A DNA stretch of 64,000 nucleotides from positions 32,001 to 96,000 of the IMG/VR virus record IMGVR_UViG_3300043185_000099. The stretch is one strand, 5' to 3'. The position numbers and the translations under genes are program-made. Within the stretch, counting starts at the first letter, position 1, and every line of letters starts with the position of its first letter. The notes beneath the pieces are model-generated. The model was not told where the DNA came from, did no database searches, and worked only from the letters and a program-made list of their open reading frames with translations. Shown here piece by piece: positions 38,301 to 45,832 of this stretch. The DNA is from a virus.

Positions 38301-38823
38301 CGACCACCGCCGTGACCGGATCGCTGACCTTGAGGGTGCCAGTGGCGTGTGGGCTCTCGCTCACGACCGCGAGCCAGACCTCCAAGAACACGAAGTCCGT
38401 GCGCTTGATGTCCAAAGGCGGCGCTGGAGGGGTGGGGGCGTCGAGAATGATGAGGTTGTCGCCCTTCGTGTCCGTGTTCGTGTACTCGATGTCCAGGAGC
38501 ATCCCTGCCACGAGCGCTTGCACCTTCTGCATGTGGAAGGCGTTCGCGACAAAGTCGGGGTTGAGCACCGGGCCAGGAAGCCAAGGGTCGTCGTAGGAGA
38601 ACTCCTGGTACGCGTCCCCGCGCGACTGACCCCTGACCCACCCAGATGGGACGGCTCTGGCGAGCTGTCGAGACCGGTCGAGGTCCTGGAGATCCTGGTG
38701 GAGGATCAGCTCGGCGTCGAGGACGAGCTTGCCCTTGCCCTCCACGACGAGGTTCCACGACCTCTCGTTCGGATCCAGGTACCTCGAGACCGAGGCGGGG
38801 AAGTAGTAGTTGCGGATCGGCAT
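35380..38823 (-). CDS. Large virion structural protein, paralogue of 21103-26757
   Basis: 1147 aa; shared blocks RTDFVFLEVW, DDIEDPAVGAETTKRVQVQYRIR, LGTLDGYVYAVPLAFVFRRN, RPDGYFAD..DVLDLRR. Confidence 0.75.
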   Translation of the reverse strand: MPIRNYYFPASVSRYLDPNERSWNLVVEGKGKLVLDAELILHQDLQDLDRSRQLARAVPSGWVRGQSRGDAYQEFSYDDPWLPGPVLNPDFVANAFHMQKVQALVAGMLLDIEYTNTDTKGDNLIILDAPTPPAPPLDIKRTDFVFLEVWLAVVSESPHATGTLKVSDPVTAVVGDTITVDGNVFTGVLVAPAANQFRIFPGSAVNTAASIATQVNASVLTVTATANANIVQIRANAGGVIGNVITLGSSNPAGILASGGFLTGGVDTPNKPTQDSIYRHGNVLSSAAVALPDDIEDPAVGAETTKRVQVQYRIRHTGQPEGVDFKLQCDGFSNPNILAQGSQIAPVATYPFVPADLKSVVMNSDARDGVAGTGIGYGILDNGLWIAGNGTSASATALGTLDGYVYAVPLAFVFRRNDNTAGVGFDPVNNTNGALVYNHAAHVNSFLINSAVAVGESDRPDGYFADAIVDTDVLDLRRHVKFTGQDLAAELQFQMQALQDGEYRTWAIDTASKQQLGNGSGDVSTRNMIANEVGREAAKGGVPPLSNTTTRGVLIRNFDHFARRFGDQPVVERVVLEIRPTDDQGTFPGKYVVRPGYAAAFLGWAEGDEINIDLLALNASTLGDFDPTNVTSYVAAPPLATVLDFAPPGTIVTDVLSIFHDDGNFDVIVDQTAKPTTILGLGTSHVQITLDQNPTQVDGGLPVADHDMVGTLVSGDVGSQRRIFVELEISYPIGVGTTDTPNHEVVPDPSPWPYGPMLENWIPTGPDQRPFDMQDRLTPGFRQGYREVMVEYVANDPTGGGGNVGIPIGTLTPETLVSRDPLNIVLPRRFWGDSMTSVLVTDLNDTNPRDTDDPNSHYGASTRLVVLNNTGIAPAVPLSGAGQTLVEVRYFAQDAIPNFGPAGGGYQQTIYFRTNAPQTAGVKEGTISTTVQDFPYPGALGPMPATLVVEPLYIGEVVWTGQRGTGSVELAFPHFVPLDQLPVNDGQTEIPPPPPGDLFPGEHYFAATANISIDDFDAEVGTLCLHQLVPAEGSTQWTVGGTPITDAPFKDSEFRAVYPIINRSEYRPTAMAQGMSNVVRHKVFVPVLARSMQDSLLFRKDEVLLLVITRWARLDPFNTVEFVDAGSTTGVGVYRTKNLLMTAGNQE

Positions 38824-39608
38824 CAGGCCGCCCTCCGCATGCTGAGAACCGAACGCTCGCGATGGCAGTTGGCGCAGACGATTTCACACTTGGCGATCTC
38901 GGCCAGAACCTTACCCCGACCCCAGGACCACATCTGTGTGATGCCAGAGATCTTGACGCCGCGGACATGGTCGAAGTCCATGGCCTCCGGCGCGAACTTG
39001 CGGTGACAGTCCAGACACGGCTTGTCCTTGATCCCATTGAGCCAGTCACGGAACGCGATGAGTTTTGGGGTCTGGGGCTGTGCCCGCCTGGCGTGGCTTC
39101 GGATCCGATGACAGACGCAGCAAACCAGCTCGCACTTGGCGATCTCCTCCAGCACACGTTCCCGGCTATGGTTCGCCATCTTGCCGATGCTGTGACGCTT
39201 CTTGCCGCGGACGTGGTCGAACTCCATGACGTAGGGCGCGAAGATGCGATGGCAGTCTAGGCAGGGCTTGCCGTGCTTGATTTCGTCGACGAAAGCCCGA
39301 TGCGCGGCGCCCTTGTCGGCGTAGTAGGTGAGCATCTTGTCGCGATTGTCTTCGGCCCATTTCTGTCGAGCGGGTTCGTACGCATCCCTCTTGGTGCGCC
39401 ATCGGTCTTTTGCCAGCGATGCGAAGTACTCCTTGTTCGCCTCGGCGTATGCTCTTCGTTTTTTCTGCTGTGCTGGCGTGCGGGCGAATTCCCGCGCTGT
39501 CCTTCGCGAGCAGTCGCGGCAGTAGAACGCAAGGCCGTCCTTCCGGCGCTTGTTCTTGCCGAACTCGGAGGCGTCTTTCTCGACGCCGCATGATGGACAG
39601 GTCTTCAT
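38823..39608 (-). CDS. Free-standing HNH endonuclease with tandem duplicated HNH domains
   Basis: N-terminal CPSC...CRDC zinc ribbon; two units KPCLDC...FDHVRG...EIAKCE.VCxxCHR. Confidence 0.88.
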   Translation of the reverse strand: MKTCPSCGVEKDASEFGKNKRRKDGLAFYCRDCSRRTAREFARTPAQQKKRRAYAEANKEYFASLAKDRWRTKRDAYEPARQKWAEDNRDKMLTYYADKGAAHRAFVDEIKHGKPCLDCHRIFAPYVMEFDHVRGKKRHSIGKMANHSRERVLEEIAKCELVCCVCHRIRSHARRAQPQTPKLIAFRDWLNGIKDKPCLDCHRKFAPEAMDFDHVRGVKISGITQMWSWGRGKVLAEIAKCEIVCANCHRERSVLSMRRAA

Positions 39609-39614
39609 CGGTCG

Positions 39615-40262
39615 TCAAAACGAAATCCGCCACGTCACCGTAAGGATCGAAGTGGCGGGCTTGGAAATTACGGAAAATGTCAAAAAATTGCACAACAAGT
39701 CATAGTTCGTGACGTCGACCGTCGGGTCGTACGGTTGCCCTCCCTGTCCCGCGAAGTTCGGGTTGTCGTTCTTGACTGCCGTGTTGTCGGAGATCGTGGA
39801 GAGGAGGCCCATCTCGTTGAGTGGACCAACAGCCTCTGACTCGCCGAAGATAGTCGTGTAGTCGACGACGTTCGTCGGGATGGCGACGGCGGCCCCATTG
39901 GCGTCACGGAATGTCGTCTCCGAGAATGGCTTGCGCGCGATCTCGTTGTTCAGCCGCCTCTGCTCGGCTGAGGGTGCGTCGGGGTTCAGGAGCGCTCCGA
40001 GAGCACCTGTCCCGACGGCGAGCATGTTGAGGCCGTGCTTGGGCTCCTGATTGTCCTTGCAGAGTCTCGCGACGAGGAGGCTGGCGTCGAGCGTGACGAC
40101 GTTGTCGATCTCGCGCTGGTCCTGGACCGCGCCTGTTCTCGCGTCGCGCAGCTCAAGGAGTACCCTGCCTTTCGGGTGCGTGAGCGGTTCGCCGAAGCGG
40201 AACCCCATCCCGAGCTTGAAGCCGGTCTTGGCCCGGCTCACGGTTTCACGGACGATGGGCAT
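39615..40262 (-). CDS. Tail-collar/tail-fibre-anchor-like baseplate protein
   Basis: MLAVGTG...LNNEIARK...GPLNEMGL...ISKPATSILTVTWRISF pattern, typical of tail-fibre N-terminal/baseplate anchor proteins. Confidence 0.7.
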   Translation of the reverse strand: MPIVRETVSRAKTGFKLGMGFRFGEPLTHPKGRVLLELRDARTGAVQDQREIDNVVTLDASLLVARLCKDNQEPKHGLNMLAVGTGALGALLNPDAPSAEQRRLNNEIARKPFSETTFRDANGAAVAIPTNVVDYTTIFGESEAVGPLNEMGLLSTISDNTAVKNDNPNFAGQGGQPYDPTVDVTNYDLLCNFLTFSVISKPATSILTVTWRISF

Positions 40263-40304
40263 GGGAACTCCCTGGTAGCTCTCTCGCGATAGGACGAAAA
40301 CCGC

Positions 40305-43300
40305 TCACGGCCCGAGCGACTCCGTCCCGAAGAAGAGGATGGTGGTGGTGTTCGACACTGTGTCGTAGAGCTGGCCGAAGACGCTCCATCCCACGCTACC
40401 GTCCGGGCTCTCGAACGAAGGTGTTTCTGGGCCCAACGGCGTGAACAAGATAGCGCCGCCCAAATTGCCTCCCGGAGGTGCGTCTCCTCCACTGGCCTTG
40501 AGGAAGACGCTAGGCAGGGCGTTGCCGAACCCGTCCTTGGGGCCGTCGCTGAACGTGATAGGCTGCGTCTCCGTGAACGCGAGGCCCGACAGCGCCATCC
40601 CGATGAGCCCGTTTCCAATGTCCCCAGGCTCATTGCCAGGATGACCAGCCTCTGCTGCGCCAGGAATGCCGTCGTCGCAGAATGGCGAGATCAAGCATGT
40701 CTCGCCTGCGGACACCTCGCAGAAGTCGATCTCCTCGTACTGAATTTTGGGGTCCGAGCTGAAGTCGATGAAGCGGAACGGGTCGTTGAGGATGAAGTCG
40801 GGGTCGGTGTTGAGGACGTCGTTCGGGTCGTTGATGCGGGAGCCCCAAGCCAAGAACTTCACGTCCTTGCCGACCTGCGCTGTCTCGTACGGTGGCGTGC
40901 CCTCGTTGAGCAGGGTGGTACCGTCCAAGAGCGGCTGCGAGCATAGATATGTCTTGGTGAGCGGCTTGCCTGGCCCATACTGCACCGTGACCGGTACCTC
41001 GGTGGCGAGAGGGTAGCCGAAAGCGTCCGGAACATAGAAATCCGTAACCGGAAACTCCGTTCCCACGCCGTACGGCAGGGGGAAGTTGGGATCGTTGAGA
41101 CTCGGGTTGATGACGTTCGGATCGGGCTCGTCTGGGCCATCTTGGGAGGGGAACCACCCGAGAGTCTGGGACGACGTGATCGTGATGACCTGCGTAGTTG
41201 GATCGAACGTGAAGCTACCAGGCATGTACACGACGGTGGCTCCCGCCGCATTTACGAACGAAAATCCAAACACCCTATCTGCAGTGATGTTGAGAGCCGT
41301 CAGAACAATGGTCTGAGAGTTGCTGGATACCACGACGCCGGACTCGACGGTCACATCATTGTTGAATTCGCCACTGGTGATGACGTTGTACTGGTTCAAC
41401 ACCATGTGCGGCGGCATGATGATGTTTTCCGTCGCGTACCTGTAGATCCGGTAGCGAACCTCGTCGATCCGCGTCTGCACGATGGACCGGGGATCCAGAG
41501 CGCCGAAGGACACGTAGCCCAGTGAGGTGTCGGCGGAAACCCTAGGCAGGTTTCGATATTCCACGTTGATCCATCCGGCGCTCGGCTCGGTGAACTGCGT
41601 GGCGAAGTCTCCGGTGAAGTACGGAGGAGGCGGGAGGTCTGGACGCAAGATGGTCACGCCCCAGCCGGGATCCCGATGGATGCGAACCTTGATTCGGCTT
41701 CGCCAGTCCATGTCGACGATCACCGCCGCGAGATCGGAGTTCGGCACGTCGAATGTGTCCGTGCGGGGCAGTTCCCAGTCGTTGATGTCGTTCGCGTCAC
41801 CCCCCAAGAACACGCCGAGCGTTCGTCTGGCGGTCGGCGGAGGTACCACGGTTACAGCCATGTCCTCGACTTCCGCTGTCATTGTCGTCGTCAGCCCAGC
41901 GAACCCAAGAGTCGCCTGTGTGTCCGTTGACGAAAGAGCAAAGAGATTCAAATCCGCTGTCCCACGAACAACGTCGTCCACGATGAGGGTGACAGTGCCT
42001 GTATCGACATCAGCGATCGCGCGGTAGTCGTGGACCTGACCGTCGTTCCAAGCCACATCGAAGGCGGTGACTTGCAGGCCAGTCTCCAGGGAGAACAACT
42101 GTACCTGCGACGGAATCACGCCGACGGCCACGCGAAGCTGGATACCTACTCCCCTCGCTGCGCCCACGGGACCGACATCTGAGCCAAAGAAAATGCCCGT
42201 GTCGCCCAGTAGATCGCTCGTCGACACCTGGAACACCTGGATTCGCGCCTCGATGATGCGTCCATCTCCTGGTAGAGGATCACCAACCAGATCAAGCGCG
42301 TAGACGACGGTTTGACCGAGATCCTGGGCGAACTGGAGGCGATGTCCCTGCACGCGCTCCGTGGTGAGCATCCCCGTCTTGATCCATCCCTGCTGGTCTG
42401 GGAGCAGGAGACCGGACAGAGACACGCTGGGCAAGAAAAGGAGCTTGTGCTCGGCAGCCGTATCCTCGAAGAGGATCGTCGCCAAGCGCACTTCCCGGAG
42501 ACCATCTCGCACAATGTAAAGGAGATCTCCCGCGCCGAGGATGCCACTGTCGACCTGGAATGTGGAGTCCACGTCAATCGCCATGTACCGCGTCAAGAAT
42601 GGCTCGATCCGGGCGTACCCGATGCTGAGGTCTTGGCCCTCCACTCCCAGCTCTTCGTTGGAACACGTGGCCTTGAGAAGAAGCCGATCCCCAGTAGAAT
42701 CGATCTGCCGTGTCCCGAAATCTTGTGTCAGGAACCACACATTGTTGGGATCATCCTCGGGCAACGAGTTCATCTCGGCCGCGACGACGATCTGGCGGAA
42801 ATTGAACATCGTCGCGCCGGGAGTGATTCCGTAGCGTACGAAATGCCAGTTACTCAGGTTGCTAGCGCGTCTGTCGAGCGAACCCCAGAACACCTCCCCA
42901 CTTTGGCCTGTCGGGTAGAGCAAGACACCGTCGGGAGGGACCGCAAAGGGAGGGGCACCATCCAAAGCGAGAGCTTTCCCGGCGAGATTTCCTCCAACAT
43001 AGAGTTCTGCGTAGCCGTTGGGGGTGGCCTTGACGTCGTGCTTGACGACCAGACGATATGTGAGTGGTCTTCCCGGAGTCTCATCCCCATCCCAACGCAC
43101 CTCGAAGTAGGCTGCGAAGTTCCGATTTCCGAACACAGATGGATTGGCCGGAAACGTCGCGTCGGACGTGATTGTGACGGTGCTCGTGCCGTCCGTCTGG
43201 TCGACAATCTCGATGACCTCGTAGATCCCTGCTTGGGTGCCGTCCAGGATCTGGATACGCACGATGTCGTCGGACATGACGCGCTCTCTCGCCAGTCGAG

Positions 43301-45803
43301 GTACTGAGTCGCTCGTCGTGGTGAACGTGGTGGCATTCAGGATCGCAATGTCGATGCGATAGGCGATTTGCCAGCTCTCGGCTTTCTCCGGGAAGGCCGG
43401 CTTGACAAGCATCCCCAAGTGCTGCACACCGTTGATCAAGAGCATGCCGGCCAAATAGAGGTGATTGTCTGTGTGGCAACCGAAACCGACGCCGGTGAAG
43501 ACTCCGTCGGGCGCAGGAAGTGCGGTACCGTCTGGCGCCACCGAAGGCAGCACCTGAACCCTAACCACGAGAATGACAGACTCCGGGAAACGGACATCGA
43601 TCGGCAACTCGTAGAAGGTGACGTTGCCAGTGCCGTACGGCCCGCTGGTCGTCTTGTAGATCTGGAAGAATCCAGCGTTGGTCGCGTTCGGATCGATGTT
43701 GAGGACCGGGGGCGACGGTGAAGGAGTTCGTTCACCGATCAACGTCCATGCGGGGGTCGATATTGTCGGATCCTCAGTCCCCTCGTAAAAGACAACGACA
43801 CCTTCTGCGTCCTCTTCCTCGTCACTCAGAGCCACTTGGTGAGGGTTCCGGTTAAGCAGCAGAGTCGTGGGGCTGTTGAGGGCAGCGGTGTAGGGCTTCT
43901 GGAACGCAACGAACCTCGGACTGCGCAGGAGAGGCAATCGGATCGGACGTGGGCCAAGGACGAGCCCCATCGGAAACCGGGAGAATTCAATGCCGTTCGT
44001 GCCTCCGCCAGGCAGACCGACCCCAGCGCTGTTGCCCCCGGTAGGACAGCGCGGTGTGCAATCGTACTTGTTGAGGACGAGGCCGAGCGTGTTGAGCCCA
44101 GCCATGTCCATGATCGGCGACGGAAACCAGATGTAGTCGACAAGGACCTCCATGATGCCCGGAGGCATGAGGGGAAGTGGGATGGTCAGGAAGATCTTCC
44201 CGTAGTACGGATTCACCTCGGCAACCTCGACCGGTATGCCGTTCACGTAAACCACGACATCTTGCTTGGTTGCCGGAGTTGCGTTCCCCCATCCTTTCAC
44301 CAGCGGTCCCTTGCTGGTCAGCAAGTAGTCCTTGGCGAGCGCGTTACTCCCCACGAATGGTCCCTGCTGGTTGTGGAGGAAGTTCCACGCCGCCGAGAAC
44401 ACGGTTTGTGTGGCGGTGAAGAGAACGTGACGCAGGGGAAAGTCCTGGATCTGGTGGACTCCAGCAGGGTCCAGATGGAACTGGATGCCCGGAGGCAGGC
44501 CTGGCGGACCCGTGAAGCTGGGCGTGAGTCCAGCGACGATAGGTTCTCCGTTGACGACGACCGCGTATGTGTCGGCCTTCTGGTTACGGACGAGAGAGAC
44601 TGTCGTCTCAACCGTGCTCCACGCGATGGAACTGGATGCCGTGAACGCCCCAGACTCGACATCGATGGTGTCAATACCCGCGACGCGGCGGAACGACAGC
44701 GCGACCTGGATTGCCCCGTCGCTGACGAGGATAAGGACCACGGGATCCGAGCCGGGTGCGGGTGAGATGAGCGTGGCCTCGGACGCATCGAACGTTACAT
44801 CCACGCGGTAACTAGAGTTGGGAAGTAGGCGTCCACTCGTATCCAAAAGTCTCCAACCGTATGAGAACCCGATCGCCTTAGACAGTAGGATCTCGTCCGT
44901 TCCCTGCGTGGTTGTGCCCGAGCCGAGTTCCTGCGCCGCGAAGTCGGCTTGCGGGGCGTTGGGCAGAAACGTCGCCGGATAGTCGAAAGCGGTCGCTGGA
45001 CTGACGACGCCCGTGTAACTGGCCGATGTCATGCCGATCACGTCGAGCTTGACCAGCTTGAGATCGCCAAGATAGGGATGCGTAACGGCCGTGGGGATGA
45101 TGGTTTGCGGGAACGTCGTCTGGAAACCATAGGCGTCGAGCTGCAGGATGCCAGGCGAGAACCCCGCCTCGTCCAGCATGTCGTACTCGAACTGGTACAG
45201 CAGCTCCGTTCCGGAAATGGGAAGGATGGTGAACGGCGGCGGCTCCCCCTTGCAGAGAACTTGTGCTTGGTTGAGCGGAGCGTACGCGGCGATCTCAGTA
45301 CCGCTGATGTCCCGGGGACCAGAGACGACAACGAGATAAAGTCCTCCAAGTGTCGTCCCCGTGTGATGTAGAATCACGGACGTAGGGCCCCACACGCCAG
45401 CCACGCCGATCTCAACGCTAAGGACCGTGGCCGGAGCCGCACCAGTAATGTCGACGAGAGTGTAGCTTGCGGGATCAAAGAGGTCGGCGTCTGGCGACAT
45501 CTCGTTGGAGAAGAAGACCTCGATGATGAACCCGGTGATCGAGATCGCCGCGATGACCTCAGGAGGGACAAGACCCCCGATGCACCCGTAGGGCCCGTAG
45601 CCGTAAGCGCAACCGCCGTAACCTCCGGTGATAGCTATCGTCGGGGCACCGAAACTGCCGAGCGATCCGTATGAGCTAGTGCCGTACGCGAAACCCCCGT
45701 ACCCTCCCATAGGCGTGCCGGTGGGCAGGAGAACCCCGCCAAGGCCTCCATAGGGCCCCAGCCCGAAGGGATCAAGTCCGTAGCCGAGAACTGGGTCGGG
45801 CAT
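40305..45803 (-). CDS. Very large virion structural protein (Ig-like/beta-sandwich-rich)
   Basis: 1832 aa; N-terminal GYG/PYG repeats, then IEVFFSNEMS..DPASYTL (Ig-like pattern); beta-rich. Confidence 0.72.
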   Translation of the reverse strand: MPDPVLGYGLDPFGLGPYGGLGGVLLPTGTPMGGYGGFAYGTSSYGSLGSFGAPTIAITGGYGGCAYGYGPYGCIGGLVPPEVIAAISITGFIIEVFFSNEMSPDADLFDPASYTLVDITGAAPATVLSVEIGVAGVWGPTSVILHHTGTTLGGLYLVVVSGPRDISGTEIAAYAPLNQAQVLCKGEPPPFTILPISGTELLYQFEYDMLDEAGFSPGILQLDAYGFQTTFPQTIIPTAVTHPYLGDLKLVKLDVIGMTSASYTGVVSPATAFDYPATFLPNAPQADFAAQELGSGTTTQGTDEILLSKAIGFSYGWRLLDTSGRLLPNSSYRVDVTFDASEATLISPAPGSDPVVLILVSDGAIQVALSFRRVAGIDTIDVESGAFTASSSIAWSTVETTVSLVRNQKADTYAVVVNGEPIVAGLTPSFTGPPGLPPGIQFHLDPAGVHQIQDFPLRHVLFTATQTVFSAAWNFLHNQQGPFVGSNALAKDYLLTSKGPLVKGWGNATPATKQDVVVYVNGIPVEVAEVNPYYGKIFLTIPLPLMPPGIMEVLVDYIWFPSPIMDMAGLNTLGLVLNKYDCTPRCPTGGNSAGVGLPGGGTNGIEFSRFPMGLVLGPRPIRLPLLRSPRFVAFQKPYTAALNSPTTLLLNRNPHQVALSDEEEDAEGVVVFYEGTEDPTISTPAWTLIGERTPSPSPPVLNIDPNATNAGFFQIYKTTSGPYGTGNVTFYELPIDVRFPESVILVVRVQVLPSVAPDGTALPAPDGVFTGVGFGCHTDNHLYLAGMLLINGVQHLGMLVKPAFPEKAESWQIAYRIDIAILNATTFTTTSDSVPRLARERVMSDDIVRIQILDGTQAGIYEVIEIVDQTDGTSTVTITSDATFPANPSVFGNRNFAAYFEVRWDGDETPGRPLTYRLVVKHDVKATPNGYAELYVGGNLAGKALALDGAPPFAVPPDGVLLYPTGQSGEVFWGSLDRRASNLSNWHFVRYGITPGATMFNFRQIVVAAEMNSLPEDDPNNVWFLTQDFGTRQIDSTGDRLLLKATCSNEELGVEGQDLSIGYARIEPFLTRYMAIDVDSTFQVDSGILGAGDLLYIVRDGLREVRLATILFEDTAAEHKLLFLPSVSLSGLLLPDQQGWIKTGMLTTERVQGHRLQFAQDLGQTVVYALDLVGDPLPGDGRIIEARIQVFQVSTSDLLGDTGIFFGSDVGPVGAARGVGIQLRVAVGVIPSQVQLFSLETGLQVTAFDVAWNDGQVHDYRAIADVDTGTVTLIVDDVVRGTADLNLFALSSTDTQATLGFAGLTTTMTAEVEDMAVTVVPPPTARRTLGVFLGGDANDINDWELPRTDTFDVPNSDLAAVIVDMDWRSRIKVRIHRDPGWGVTILRPDLPPPPYFTGDFATQFTEPSAGWINVEYRNLPRVSADTSLGYVSFGALDPRSIVQTRIDEVRYRIYRYATENIIMPPHMVLNQYNVITSGEFNNDVTVESGVVVSSNSQTIVLTALNITADRVFGFSFVNAAGATVVYMPGSFTFDPTTQVITITSSQTLGWFPSQDGPDEPDPNVINPSLNDPNFPLPYGVGTEFPVTDFYVPDAFGYPLATEVPVTVQYGPGKPLTKTYLCSQPLLDGTTLLNEGTPPYETAQVGKDVKFLAWGSRINDPNDVLNTDPDFILNDPFRFIDFSSDPKIQYEEIDFCEVSAGETCLISPFCDDGIPGAAEAGHPGNEPGDIGNGLIGMALSGLAFTETQPITFSDGPKDGFGNALPSVFLKASGGDAPPGGNLGGAILFTPLGPETPSFESPDGSVGWSVFGQLYDTVSNTTTILFFGTESLGP

Positions 45804-45832
45804 CTCTCACAGCGCAAAATGGGGAATGGGAA

